64,000 nucleotides of DNA from Lama glama (Eukaryota): contig CM052817.1 of assembly GCA_028534125.1 (NCBI GenBank), positions 8,310,001 to 8,374,000 on the forward strand. The letters run 5' to 3'. Positions 25,721 to 38,290 of the stretch are shown here, piece by piece. The notes under the pieces are model-generated. The model ran no database searches and was not told the DNA's origin. It saw only the letters and a program-made list of their open reading frames with translations. Position 1 is the stretch's first letter. Each line of letters opens with the position of its first letter. The position numbers were made by a program, and so were the translations under genes.

Positions 25721-26319
25721 GAAGTCCCCACCTTGCCTCCCAGTTCTGATTTTTGCACGTTAATATGCATGTAGTGCACCTGCTCCCCAGGAGACAGGGC
25801 TGTCTGCATCAGCTTTTGAAGTTGGTGCCTGAAACTTGTTTTTATTAAGGACGGAAAATTCTCTGAATAAGCACATGGACTCAAAGGCCTTTACATCGCT
25901 TTGGAGATAAAAACTCGGTAAATGTTATTACCCATGTGCTAGTAATTTGATCAAAAAAGAAATAACTATGCAGAATTGACCCTAAGAAAATGAGATCTGG
26001 AAAGCGGGCAGTGGCCATCAACTTTGGGCCAGAAGACCTGAGGCTTATTCAAATGTTAATTCAGAACGTTACTATGATTTGAAGAGAAAATGTCTGCCCG
26101 AGACGTTAATGAATTCCGCAGCTGACTGCGGTGTGGTAAGAGGCTGAGAAGGATGTATCAATTCAGTGTCATTAGCAGAGGTGACGGCATGCAGATGGCG
26201 ATTCCTGGGAGAAACTGGGGAAGAAAGGTGAAGCTGCTAAGTAAACGCTGATGGCTCCAAGAAAGCCTGTGGCCGGCACTGGGAGGAGTTGCAGAAGTGA
26301 CACTGCTGCAGCAATGATA

Positions 26320-26560
26320 CTACCTGACACGGCCTGAGTGTCGTCTCAGACTCAGTACCGAGAACTGTCCATGCTCCATTTCAGTCAGTTCTCACAAGAA
26401 CCTGTGAGGGAGGTGCTTTTATTATACCTATTTTTACAGGTAATAAAATTTAGTCTCAGGGACATCAAATAATTGTCACATAGTCACAGAGTAGTGAGTG
26501 GAAGAGGGAAGATTCAAACCAGCCCTGATATCAGAGTCCAAGCCATTTGGTTTACTGCCT
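26320..26560 (-). mobile_element. MIR SINE
   Basis: 'ttctcacaagaacctgtgagggaggtgcttttattatacctatttttacagg...gattcaaacc'. Confidence 0.75.
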
Positions 26561-26655
26561 CCCTAAGACCTTTTCATCTCCGTGGGAGATAAAACAATGA
26601 CTTTTAGGACAATATTGATTGCTGGAGACGTAACCATCTGATCATGACAGCCTGA

Positions 26656-26758
26656 GTTTCCTTAGGCAAAGTTTAGGCTTTTGCATATTTACTCATTGGG
26701 ATTCTAAGCATGGATGAGTCTCTATCATTTCTGATACTTGCTCTTGCTCCTTATTGCT
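26656..26758 (+). repeat. Copy 1 of a 103-bp local direct duplication
   Basis: Aligns ungapped to 28078-28180 with 13 mismatches (hand count). Confidence 0.95.
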
Positions 26759-27149
26759 ACTGGAACAATAGTCAAACCCCTTAAGTAAAGCTGAAGTTCA
26801 ATATTATCTTTGGATAGGTTCTGGAAGCCAACAGAGGGGAGGCAACCGTTGGAGCCTTACCATTGTCCAAGTTCACTAACAAGAACGAACCATGTGCAAA
26901 GTATGTGGGTGATGAGGGCAGATCTCACCTGGGCCTCCCTCAGGGAGCTCACTGTCTAGGGTAGGTGATAATATGCATTCATAAATAATAATTTAGAAGG
27001 AGGTTAATGACTTAAGCAAAAGGCTAACTTAAGTGTGACAAGCAGGTTCAGAAGCAGAGGAGAGGCAAAAAACACTGAGAGATGATACTCTATGAAGGTC
27101 TACCAGAGAGGCTCGGGAGAGCTAGCTGGAGGGGAGAGAGAGTAGAGAG

Positions 27150-27348
27150 GGGGCCAAATGCAGCCCACCATCTGTTTTCTGTAAATAAAACGCACTGGAA
27201 CACAGTCATGCCCTTTTGCTTCTGCATTGTCCATAGCTGCTTTCTCTCTGGGATGGCAGAACTAAGGAGTTGCCTCCAAGACCATATGCCCATGAAGCCT
27301 AAAGTCTTTAATATCTGGTCCCCTAAAGAAAAGGTTTTCTAAGTCCTG
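27150..27348. mobile_element. MER58A-like hAT MITE
   Basis: 'gggccaaatgcagcccacc...tgtaaataaaa...ctggaacacagtcatgccc...aagcctaaagtctttaatatctggtccc...aagtcctg'. Confidence 0.8.
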
Positions 27349-27614
27349 AACTGGGGAACCCTGGACCTCAGGACTGTTGAAGCCTTAGCATTTCCTTTCA
27401 CTTAATGCAGAAAATGGGGAAATGAGAGGTTACATAATTACCTGTGGTGAGACAGTGAGTTATTGGTAGATGTCGGCCTAATAGTATCATAGGTCGTGTT
27501 GGCTGAGTGCTATCTGCATGCCAGGCACTACAGTAAACACTCTCCAATGTGTATTGTCTCATTTATTACAACATCTGGTAAGGCAGGCGCCCAGGGTTCT
27601 CTCTGTTTTACAGA

Positions 27615-28063
27615 CTAGGAGCTGAATAATGTCCCCCTCAAAAGTCATGTCCATCCAGACCACTGAATGTGACTTCATTTGAAAACAGGGGTTTTGGACG
27701 ACGTATTTAGTTAAGGATCGAGATGAAATCACACTGGATTTAGAGTAGACCTTGAATCCAATCATTGGTGTCTTTATGAAAAGAAGAGAGGACGCAGAGA
27801 GACACACAGGGAAAAGGCTGTGTGAAAGTACGGAGGTAAAGATTAAAGCTATGCAGCCAGGGAACAGCAGGAACCATGAGAGGCTGGAAGAGACAGGCAG
27901 GGAATCATTGTCAGTCTTTGGGGGGAAGGAGACCCTGCTAACAGCTTAATTTCAGATCTCTAGCTTCCAGAACTGAGAGAACGCAGTTGTTTGTTTGTTT
28001 GCTTGTTTTGTTTTAAGCCGCCCACTTCATGTTGATTTACGGGAAGTCTAGGAAACTAACACA
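27615..28063 (+). mobile_element. MLT1C/D MaLR solo LTR inserted in a minus-strand MIR
   Basis: 'ctgaataatgtccccc...gaatgtgacttcatttgaaaacaggg...cttccagaactgagaga...ctaggaaactaacaca'. Confidence 0.85.
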
Positions 28064-28077
28064 GGGACAGACGGCAT

Positions 28078-28180
28078 GTTTCCTTAGGCTAAGTTTAACC
28101 TTTTGGGTATTTACTCACTGGGATTCCAAACATGGATGGGTTCCTACCATTTCTGATACCTGCTCTTGCTCCTTATTGCT
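28078..28180 (+). repeat. Copy 2 of the 103-bp local direct duplication
   Basis: See 26656-26758. Confidence 0.95.
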
Positions 28181-28689
28181 CCCAGAAGAACTTAAATACA
28201 TTGCCTAGACTCAAGTCTAGACCATGGCAGAATGAGGCTCCAGAGCCCATGCCCTTCACCATTGCACCTCCTCTCGTCCAAGTCCAGGTGGCTCCAGCCA
28301 TCCAGCACTCAGCTGGGGAGACTGAGCAGGCCACACTCTCATTTAGCACCAGCCACTGGGAACTGGGCAGAAGGTGCTGGACCAGCCTCACGTGCAGGCG
28401 TGGGAATTGCAGCATCGCATTATTTTACCACACACAGGCAGGTGAATTTACCACCTGTTCTACATGCTAGAGAGGATGCCCACTGTGTTTATTGGTTCAG
28501 ACAATTCATGGGGCATGGGTCTTGCTGGGGTGAGTGTGGTGCTACTCGCAAAGCAGTGTTTCTTAGTTTGGTATCTAATCTGAATGTTGAAGAGTGACTT
28601 TTAGAACTTGGAAAAAAATAGCTATTACATCTTACTTGACTGCCTTCAGAGCTAGGGAACACTGGATAGCTGGCTGGCTTTGATTGCCT

Positions 28690-28880
28690 CTGCTGTGTTT
28701 ACATAGCATGACTTAAATCACTAAGAAAGATCACGCGCATCATTAAATCTCAAGAATAACTCTATGATTTTCACAGATAAGAAAATTGAGACTTAGCCAA
28801 CTGGTTAAGAACACTTGTTCAATATCACACGGCTACTAAGTGGCAGGTCTAGAGTTTAGAGTTAAATGTCCTGAACCTAA
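28690..28880 (-). mobile_element. MIR SINE
   Basis: 'ttttcacagataagaaaattgagacttag...ggttaagaacacttgttcaatatcacacggctactaagtggcag'. Confidence 0.75.
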
Positions 28881-29709
28881 GGAAGGCTCTCTTCCCCTTA
28901 CAAAGAAGCTGCCTTTAATGGTAATTCTCTCCTCCCTTGGGTCTTTGCCCCAGGTTTTGGGGACTCCATTCCTAAGACTTCCAAAGGTCTCTTCACTATA
29001 ATATCTCTTCTAGACTTGCTTTTCTCTTCCTTCTCCTCCCTCAGCAGACATCCAGCCAAGGCAAGGCACTCAGCTGAGGCCCAGGACTGGAGGTCCATCT
29101 AGTCATGGGAACACAGCTTTCTCCACACTGCAATTCTGATCCTGAAACGTGGGTCAGTCATCCTTCAAATGGAAGCAGTCTGGATTCCTGCCCCTTTCCT
29201 CTTTCCTTTTAGTCTAGAAACCCCACCCCATCTCTTGGCATCTTGGCTCACACTTGGTCTTAGAGCTAGTGTGGCTTGAGGTGGGGGAACATTAGCTGGG
29301 TCAGTCCATCACTGTATGAATGGGTTGGAAATACCCCAGTTCTTGGTGCCTCTTTGTGACTGCTTGCATTGCATTTTTTTTACAGAAATGTTCTTTAGTT
29401 TGATTGAAGAGGGTGGGAATTTTCAGCACCGAAACAAAGTCAAGAAAGGAGATATTTTCAGTTGGGAGAAGAGATGATTTTGACTCCTTTTGACTCATAT
29501 GCACTTAATCCACCAATGGAGCTCTTTTTGGAACTTCATAAAATTATTCAAATGAGCTCTGGACAGGAATAAGGAATTCGTTATGATGGAAGCACATCCC
29601 ACAAGATTCTCTGTCCCAGGAGGGTCTGCAGAAGGTCCCCTGCCTGTGGACAGCTTTCGGCAACATCCAATGACATTAGTTTACATGACAGATATTTACT
29701 GGATGTTTA

Positions 29710-30180
29710 TGTGCCAGTTAGAGTGCTGATGGCTCTAATAACAGAAATTCCAACTCAATCTGGCTTGAACAGAAAAATATTATCTCATTTGATAGGATGG
29801 TCAGGGTGAAGGCAGGTCCTGGGTGTGGAACAAAAGGCATCTGTTTCTTTTCTGTGATTCTCTTAGATTTTACCCCTTTGTGTGTGATAGTGTTTTTTTA
29901 TTTGTTTGCTTTTGTTTTTTTTTCATAGTTCCCTCTAAGGCTATTACATTCATGCATGATCACGTCCAGTGAAATATACTTAGGTAGAGAGAGAGAGAAA
30001 GAATGAAGAAGGAGGAGGAGGAGGAGGAGGAGAAGAAGAAGAAAAGAGAAGACGGGAGAGAAAGGCAGAGAGGAAAGAGAGAGTTGCCTTCAGCAGACTT
30101 ATGGGACCTACTTAAGTTACATGCCCATGCCTGGACTATAATAGTCAAGAGAACATCATTACACTAGTTAGGACATGAGG
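29710..30180 (-). mobile_element. Ancient MLT1K-like LTR containing a purine-rich repeat
   Basis: 'cagttagagtgctgatggctctaataacagaaattccaactcaatctggcttgaacagaaaa'. Confidence 0.55.
29986..30082 (+). repeat. (GA)n/(GGA)n/(GAA)n purine tract
   Basis: Directly visible. Confidence 0.9.
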
Positions 30181-31599
30181 CTGATACTGGGGTGGATTCT
30201 TCAATAAAACTGGAGTTCAGTGAGTGCAGACTTTGGGTAAGCAACACCCAGTTTCTGCCGTGGTCTCCCACATGCCGACTGCTGTGCAGGGATTCTGCAC
30301 GTCCTTGGGGGTCACTCGGGGTACTTGGGTTTATTATCTAGGACCACAAATGATGATGGGGAAAGTGGAAGAGAGTAGAGCATTCCATTGTGTGTGTATA
30401 TATATGTGTGTGTGTGCATTTACTTGAAGTGTAACATGTAATTTGACACACATGTTAAATTACATAATGCTTCTTGATTCAGAAAGGGACACATCAGTTC
30501 TTCGGGGCAACAAAGCTTTTCCTGTGAGTGAATTATAAAGGAAATTCTCACATGGAGCCTCGCATGCAAATTATACTCAAATTTATCACTGAATGGAAGA
30601 GCAGACAAGGTTTCCAGTAAAATCCTTACATCTCCCAAAAGCAGTAACGTGTTTCATCAGGGATGGTGCTTCTGGTTAGAGTAGAAGTAGTGAGGTCCAG
30701 GCACAGCCTTCTGGGGAGGGAGGTGGGCTCCAAGCAGGAGGTCCTAGAGCTGTGTTAGTCAAACAATTTATCCAGCAACAGAGGACAGAGACTTTGTATA
30801 TGATGGGAGGCTGGGAAGATAGTGGGATAGGTGGATCTGGGGAAATGAACTTTTCTTTGAAGTCTTGTATTTCGTATTCAACATTCACACACACCTTATA
30901 TTCTACTCCTTAGTATACCCTGTATGTTTAAGCATAAAAATAAGGTTTTGCCACAAATGGTTGTGCAAAATAGGTGGTTCAGGGAGATGCGCCATGCTTA
31001 TGCTGTGGTTTAGTAGAGCCCAGCGTTCTCTTGGCAGTGTCCTCATATTTGTGTCATTCTAGAACTGCCACCACTGGTTCTTCCAACAATATGCAACTCT
31101 TATATTTTTTACTTTTACTTAATATCTTTGAAATCGACCCCTCCGGGGTGATTGAGGTTGCCAGGGGGAGATGTAGCTCATCGGCATCGTGGGAGAGCAC
31201 CTGTAGGACCCCGTGCCTCACTTCTTTCTGGTGGCTGCCTCCTTCCTTTGAGGCTGCATCTGTGCTGTGAGCCTGCTCTTGATTTCAGGGTCTAAATATG
31301 ACACCTCCTTCTCTTCTTATCAGCTGCTTGGACTGTTATCTTCTTTGAGGTGGGAAAGCTGTTCTGTTGTTATTTGTTCTTTTCTACTCTCTGGATTGTG
31401 GTATAAAGTCTGCATCATTCAGTTTTTCTCTAAAAATGAAAAGGCAAGTTTTTGAAATTCTCTCAAATACAATCAGCCAACCAATTTCTCAAAGCTTCTT
31501 CCTCGGAAGAGTGGCTTTTCAAATCTAAAAATTTGTCTCTGTGTTCTCAATTCTGTCTCCTCCGCATTAGGCTCATGCGTATAGAAGGCTCTTGCTACT

Positions 31600-31880
31600 G
31601 GCCGAGATCTCTCAAAACATTAATGCTCAGCATTTAGTATGTCACCTCTTCCAGGAAGCCTTCTCTTATCTCTCTTCTTCTCTGTTTCCGCAATGCCTTG
31701 TCCATATTCCTATCACTGTAGCCCTGTGTTCTATTACAATTATCCACTTATTTGCCATCTCCCAAGCAAAGTAAGATCACCTTGAAGACAAAGGTAATGT
31801 TTTTTAATTCTTTATTTTTACAAGGTTTAATACAGTTACTTGCATACTGTGGCTGCTAAAAAATAGATTATTTGTTGATG
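31600..31880 (+). mobile_element. L2 3' fragment
   Basis: 'tgtcacctcttccaggaagccttctct...gtaagatcaccttgaagacaaagg'. Confidence 0.7.
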
Positions 31881-32849
31881 GATTAACCCGGGCAGCTTTC
31901 CCTTCAGTTCACTTCAGCGACTATCTATTTAGTGTCTATTACATTGTTAACCAGCTTCCAGGGCTGCGTTTTATCTTCCCAACTAGTCACAAAGTCCTTG
32001 GAGACACCGATGTTATATAACTTTATTTTTCCTTTGTTCTCCTACCATAGCCCATACAGAACTAGGTATGCATAAATAGTTGTTTTGCTGATTATTAAAA
32101 TGACATTCCTTTTTAGAAGAAAACAAGTACATGCAATTTACAGTAACATTCTAATTTGGTTCTTCAGGTGGATCGTGTTGACTCTGCTGCCTCATATATC
32201 CTCACTGGTGTTTTAGTGATTAGATATTTGTCAGATCTCCCAGACCTACCTCTGTGTTTATTTTAAGCCATGTTTAGCAACTCCAGCAGTGGTTTGTGCT
32301 GGAGGGAAATTTAATAAGCATTGAATGATGATCGGATATTGGCTGTTTTCCACCACATGAGCTGTCTAGCCATTCCCTGGTCTGTCCCGGAGAACTTGCA
32401 TGAATCAGAGAAGACGTGCTATGCATTTTACAACATGTCCCCTTCACCTCATATTTGGTCAGGGAAATAGAGTGATAAGAAATTATGCTAATTAGCTGAG
32501 AGACATCCAGCTAGTTACTTCCTATATTTGGACACTAGTTTGCTGATTTGTTAAGAAAAGAGGGAGGGCAGTGTGATCTCTGAGTTCTTTCCCTGTTGTG
32601 TAAGACTCTCCCTTCAAATGTAGGTGCTTGGAGAAGGGAATGGGGAAAAGGCAGAGGGTTGACAACAAGATGTGCTGCCTCGTTGAGCCAGCTGCTTCTC
32701 TTCAAAAACCAGTTAGGAGTCCAATGTCAATTGAGTAGCAACACAGAGTGCAGAGAAGCCAAGGGTTTCAGATAATAATTCCCAGATGCCAATCACTATG
32801 CTGGCCACTTCCGCAAAAGTACTGCTTACAACACGCCTAAGAGAGAGTT

Positions 32850-32990
32850 TTTAATTATTCTTACCATTCTTATTTATAAAACAAGGAAACAAGGATTCAT
32901 TGAAGTCAAATAGCATGCACAAATTCCCACAGCTAGAACACAGCAGGTCCAGGATCGGAACCCGCATCTAACTCTAAATTCACGCACGCT
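32850..32990 (-). mobile_element. MIR SINE
   Basis: 'tttataaaacaaggaaacaagg...ccacagctagaacacagcaggtccaggatcggaaccc'. Confidence 0.6.
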
Positions 32991-34039
32991 CCTTCCCTTC
33001 TGCCACGCCAATTCCCAGTACTGGTAATAGCCCTCTATCTTTATTTAAACAAAGTGTGATTTTAGTGCATGTCATTAGAGGCAGCTGGAAGCATCATTAA
33101 CACTTTGGGCCACAAGAGGACCATTTAGTGCAATGAAGCAGATATCTTTTCATACAAATAATTTATTTGTACCTAAGTTTTCCACTTGAGCACCCGAAGT
33201 GAATTGGGCTAATGTATTAATTTATACTAATGAGGTGGTTGGAACTCAGTGTGTTTATGAAATTCCAGACTTGCTTCCAAACCTTTTATTTGCTTTCTGG
33301 GGGGGTGGGTATCAGGTAAAATGTTACCTATATGATTCTTAATCATTTGCACGTTTGCGCTCATGAAAGCTGTCTGGATGAATTATTTAATGCCCACTGC
33401 TTACACTCTTTTTAAAAGCCCATTTGAAGTGTCTTTTTAAAGACACAGAATGTATTGATTTTGATGCCAAGTGTGAATGAATTTGAACCATAAACAAGTT
33501 TGGAATTTAGGGTGAAGCATTGAACTCTGGAGGCTTCAGTCGGCTTTCAACCTTGGCAAATGCATTCTTTAACCTCTAAAGCAGTTACACTGGAGCAATC
33601 CAGAGGGATAACAGGGCTCTAATGGAAGTTGTCAACAAAATTGAAAAGAAAAAGAAAGAAGGCATATTTTAAAATCCAGAGCTTGAGAGGTCTCCAACTC
33701 CAAACAACTGAGGCATAAAACTCAAGAAGGCTTCAAACAGCTTTAATGTGCTGGCCGATCTGTCTTTTGATAGCGTGTAAAATCCAGCCTGAGAAGCCTG
33801 TACCTGAGGGTTTCAGTACACTCATTCCAAGACTGATTTTGCTAAAAGAACTAACTGGCATTCAAAGAAAAAAAAAAAGCTGGGAAGGGAGTAGAAAAAA
33901 AGTAAAGCAAGAATGAGAATGAGATGGAAAGAGAAACAGTCAGAGAGACAGAGATTGAATGATAGAGATGCAGAAATGCAGGATGGGAGGGAAGGAGGAG
34001 AGAGGGAGGGAGAAGGCAGGAGAAGGGAGCTCTGTTAAA

Positions 34040-34200
34040 GGGTTAAAGATATGGATTTGAATTCTGGTTCTGCTATTAACATGTTGTAAGATTTCAAGCC
34101 CATCACTTGAACCAGACTTGAACCTCAGTTTCCTCATACATACAGTAGGAATAAGGATTCCAGACCTCACACTGTAGGATTATTTAAGGTGGTGAATGTG
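34040..34200 (+). mobile_element. MIR SINE
   Basis: 'gatttgaattctggttctgctattaac...gaacctcagtttcctcatacatacagtaggaataag'. Confidence 0.75.
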
Positions 34201-34559
34201 GACAATGCTGAAGATGTAAAGGGTGATGCAAATGTAGAAATTGTTAACCCTCCTCCCCAATGGTCAGCACACAAATCATTATCTCCATGTTTCCTGTCCT
34301 CGCCCTCACGTGTCCCATGTTGCTCCTCTGATCGCAGGCAAATCTTTCCACGTTGCTCTAGATCTCACGCCTAGATTTCATCTCCTTCCATTGGTCCTCA
34401 CTCTGTTGTTTGTTTCTGCTCTTTTGTGTGCTTTCAATGGGCTGTTCATTTTTAGATCCTTTTTGGGAGCCTTCAAATATCCCCTGACCTTTTAGTGGCC
34501 TCTGGGCAGTAGTCCAAATTCAGGATTCTTGAAAAGCACATGACCACAAGATGCCTTCA

Positions 34560-36520
34560 ATTATTCACCTCTAGGTCTCTTCTCAACCCATTCTACCATG
34601 GCTTTTGCCATTTCCTACTCCTCTACCATCTCCCCGCCAAAAAAAATTACCTTTCCCAAGTTTGCCAAATGATCTCCATAAGTCAGAATCCAATGAACAG
34701 TTTTTTTTAACATTTTTAAATTGAGCTATAGTTACTTTACAATGTTGTGTCAATTTCCAGTGCAGAGCACAATTTTTCAGTTATACTTGAACATACATAT
34801 GATCATTGTCACATTCTTTTTTGCTGTGAGCTACCACAAGATATTGTACATATTTCTCTGTGCTATACAGTATAATCTTGTATATCTATTCTACATATGC
34901 CTGTCAGTATCTACAAATTTCGAACACCCAGTCTGTCCCTTCCCACCCCTCTTCCCCTTGGCAACCACAAGTTTGTATTCTATGTCTATGAGTCTGTTTC
35001 TGTTTTGTATTTATGTTCTTTTTTTTTTTTTTAGATTCCACATATGAACGATCTCATATGGTAATTTTCTTTCTCTTTCTGGTTTACTTCACTTAGAATG
35101 ATGTTCTCCAGGGACAGCCATGTTGCTGCAAATGGTGTTATGTTCTCATTTTTTATGGCTGAATAGTATTCCATTGTATAAATATACTATGTCTTCTTTA
35201 TCCAGTCATTTGTCAATGGACATTTAGGCTGTTTCCATGTCTTGGCTATTGTAAATAGTACTGCTATGAACATTGGGGTGCATGTGTCTTTTTGAAGTAG
35301 AATTCCTTCTGGATATATATCCAGGAGCAGGATTACTGGGTCATATGGTAAGTCTATTTCCCAATCTTTTGAGGAATCTCCATACTGTTTTCCACAGTGG
35401 CTGCACCGAGCTGCATTCCCACCAGCAGTGTAGGAGGGTTCCCTTTTCTCCACAGCCTCTCCAGCATTTGTCATTTGTGGACTTTTGAATGATGGCCATT
35501 CTGACTGGTGTGAGGTGATACCTCACTGTAGTTTTGATTTGAGTTTCTCTGGTAATTAGTGATACTGAGCATTTTTTTCCATGGGCTTATTGATCATTTG
35601 TACTTATTCCTTGGAGAATTGCTTGTTTAATTCTTCTGCCCATTTTTGAATTGGGTTGTGTAATCAGTGAAGTTTTTAGTCTCATCTAATATGACTTTTT
35701 TGTATTCCACACTCTTGGTTACCTTCTCTTTCTTGAAATGCTCTTTTGCTGGGAAGTCTGTGACCCCCAAACTCACCAGGTGTTCTTGCTAGCTCTCTAG
35801 AAGCTCTTTTTCGAAGGCTGATTTTCTTCCTTCCAATCTCTGTACATTGGAATATCTTTGGTAACAGTCCTGGGACTTTTCTCTTCTCTGTCCACACTCC
35901 CCTTCAGGCACCAGAAGTCTTCTATATAACAAATGTTCCCTAATTCACCCCTCTTCTAGCCTTTCTCTTGTCGAGGCTCATATTTCAATACCGTCCCCAC
36001 AGTTCTACTTGAATGTCTCCCAGACACCTTAATCTGAACACGTTCGAAAAGGAAGCTGTGGTTTTCCTCTCGATAAACGTCTCTCTCAAGCTTTTCCAGC
36101 TCAATAAATGACCTCATGTCTGAAACTTAGGAGTTAATTGATACCTCCTCTTCTTCACTGCTCACATTAAATTTAATGCCTTGTCCTGTTAATTCATCTC
36201 CCAAAATGCTGTTGTGTTGGGCCACTTCTGTTAAGATCCACTGATGTCACTGGTTCAAATTACCATCATTTCTCACCCGCACTAGGGTGCTGATTTCCAA
36301 GATGGTTTTCCCACATCTTCTGTTGCCCTTGATTCTATTCCTTACACAGCAATGAGTGGAGATTTTTCAGAAAAGCAAAGTTTTTATGCCATTTCCCAAT
36401 TAAAATCCTTTAATTGGGCTTCCAATGGTGCTTACTATAATACCCCACAGATTTATGACAATCTGCAAGATTCTACACGCTCTGACCTTTGCCGGTCTCC
36501 TTCTGATCTCATCTCACTCA
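34560..36520 (+). mobile_element. L2 LINE interrupted by a young L1
   Basis: 'caaatgatctccat...aatccaatgaaca' resumes as 'tttttagtctcatct'; 'ttctacttgaatgtctcccagacacctt', 'caaattaccatcatttctcacc'. Confidence 0.75.
34701..35659 (-). mobile_element. Young 5'-truncated L1, same family as 3331-4568
   Basis: ORF 35341..35526(-) reads [39 protein letters not shown]-tract at 34701; degenerate TSD aatc(c)aatgaa/aatcagtgaa. Confidence 0.95.
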
Positions 36521-36784
36521 GCAGTGATTGTCTTATTCACTGCCAATCATTTCTGCCTTGGAAGCTGGAGTTTAACATTTCCCTGTGTTGCAAAGGCCAA
36601 AGAGCTACAGAGTTCAGAGCGGCAATACCAGAAAGACAGAGTCCTTTTTTTCTTGCTTAGAACTTTTGTGAAAAGTATTTTTATGTGTGGATTCCAAGGG
36701 AATTTTGGGAGAAAGGAGAACATTTAACAAATGTTGACAAATAAGGTTTTCAAGGGCTTCTTTTCATTTGTGATAAAATAGTAG

Positions 36785-36890
36785 TGTTGGCAGGGAGCTT
36801 AGAGATGGTCTAATTTAACTTGTTGCTTTGGAAGACGAAGAAACAGAGGCTCAGAGAAGTGAACTGACTTCGTGAGATCACAGAGCTTCT
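36785..36890 (-). mobile_element. MIR/MIR3 fragment
   Basis: 'gaagaaacagaggctcagagaagtgaactgactt'. Confidence 0.7.
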
Positions 36891-37493
36891 TAATTTTCAT
36901 ACAATGTAAATCGCTTTTGTATTTGGGTATAACCGTGAGTGGACCAAATTCATCTTTGTTATGCTAAAGTCATCTTTTGGTCTTCAAATGCTTCATTGCT
37001 CTTATCATGCAAAAAACCCTGTCATTTGTCCGTTCTTATGAATAAGTTTAAGGAAGGGTATTGTAAAAATGCCTAAACTTGAAGTTTCAACCTCATTCCT
37101 CAGTGAAAATAAAAGAACCTTTCTTTCTTTGAGAAACTTCAGGCATAGTGAAGGCATAAATGATCCAGTCAGAGGTGTCCAGGAGAGTTTTACTCCTGTA
37201 CCGGAAATTCTATCATCACAGGATACCCACGTGTCAGGCTGGTGGTGAAAGCAAAGGATAGGTATGGCTTTTCTCTAAACCTCAGTTTCCCCATATGTGG
37301 AGCGGAGGTAATATTCATCTTATAAGTGTGTTTATGTCACAAAATGTGGTGAAAAATAAGTAAGAAAATACATTTGATGGCACTAAGCACCTTTCATTTC
37401 ACCTGTTTTGCTTTCTTGCTTCGTTGGTCAAATTATACAGCTGATTATATCTCTTCCCTGCAACTGAGGGACCTGGAGAATTTGTACATGTAG

Positions 37494-37519
37494 ACACACA
37501 CACACACACACACACACAC
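37494..37519 (+). repeat. (CA)~13 microsatellite
   Basis: Directly visible. Confidence 0.95.
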
Positions 37520-37537
37520 GCATGTAAACATACGCAT

Positions 37538-37887
37538 TATCTTAGTCTGTTTGGGTTGCTGTAACAAAATACCAGAGACTGAGTGGCTTAAAAATAACAA
37601 ATTTATTGCTCACAGTTCTGGAAGCTGGGAAAGCCAAGATCAAGGTTCCATGTCTGGTGAGACCCCGTTCCCCAGAGACAACCCTCTTCACACAGCAGCC
37701 TCAGGTGGCGGAAAGGGCGAGGGAGCTCTCTGAAGTCTCTTTTATAAGGGCACCAATTCTAGTCATGAGGGCTCCACCTTTGTGACTTAATCACCTCCCA
37801 AAGGCCCCATCTCCTAATACTGTCGCCTTGGGGGTTAGGTTTCAACATATGAATTTTAAGGGGGCAATAAATATTCAGTCTATCGCA
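37538..37887 (-). mobile_element. MLT1A-type MaLR solo LTR with 5-bp TSD
   Basis: 'tatcttagtctgtttgggttgctgtaacaaaatacc' to 'ggtttcaacatatgaatttt...attcagtctatcgca'; TSD cgcat/cacat. Confidence 0.92.
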
Positions 37888-38169
37888 CACATGACCTTAG
37901 ATGCTCTCCTGTGCTGCACTTGTTACAGTTGTAATTATATAGTAATGTATTTAAATACATGTCTTGTGCCTGACTTTCTATCTGAACCTTAAGCTTTACA
38001 TAAGCAAGATTCATTCTTGCTCCATTCTCTGTTGTATGTGAGTGCCTACAAATATGTGTCTACTTATGTTACATTTATTTTGGGGGGTGTCAATTTAAGT
38101 GCCAAACACTTTTCTAAGCTCTGAGTTTCTGGCCATTTAAAAAAGTCTCTGGCTTATGGTGCTTCATTC

Positions 38170-38290
38170 CAGTGGCGGAAGGCAGATGAACACACATCCC
38201 TGCTCCTCCATTTCCTAGCTGTGTGACTTCAGGCAAGTTACTCAACTCACCTGTGCCCCAATTCCCTGATCTGCAAGATGAGAGACAATT
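38170..38290 (+). mobile_element. MIR SINE
   Basis: 'cctagctgtgtgacttcaggcaagttactcaactcacctgtgccccaattccctgatctgcaagatg'. Confidence 0.8.

Noticed and set aside
31164..31200. tRNA/SINE-like start 'ggggagatgtagctca'
   Set aside because: No anticodon arm, B box or tail follows.
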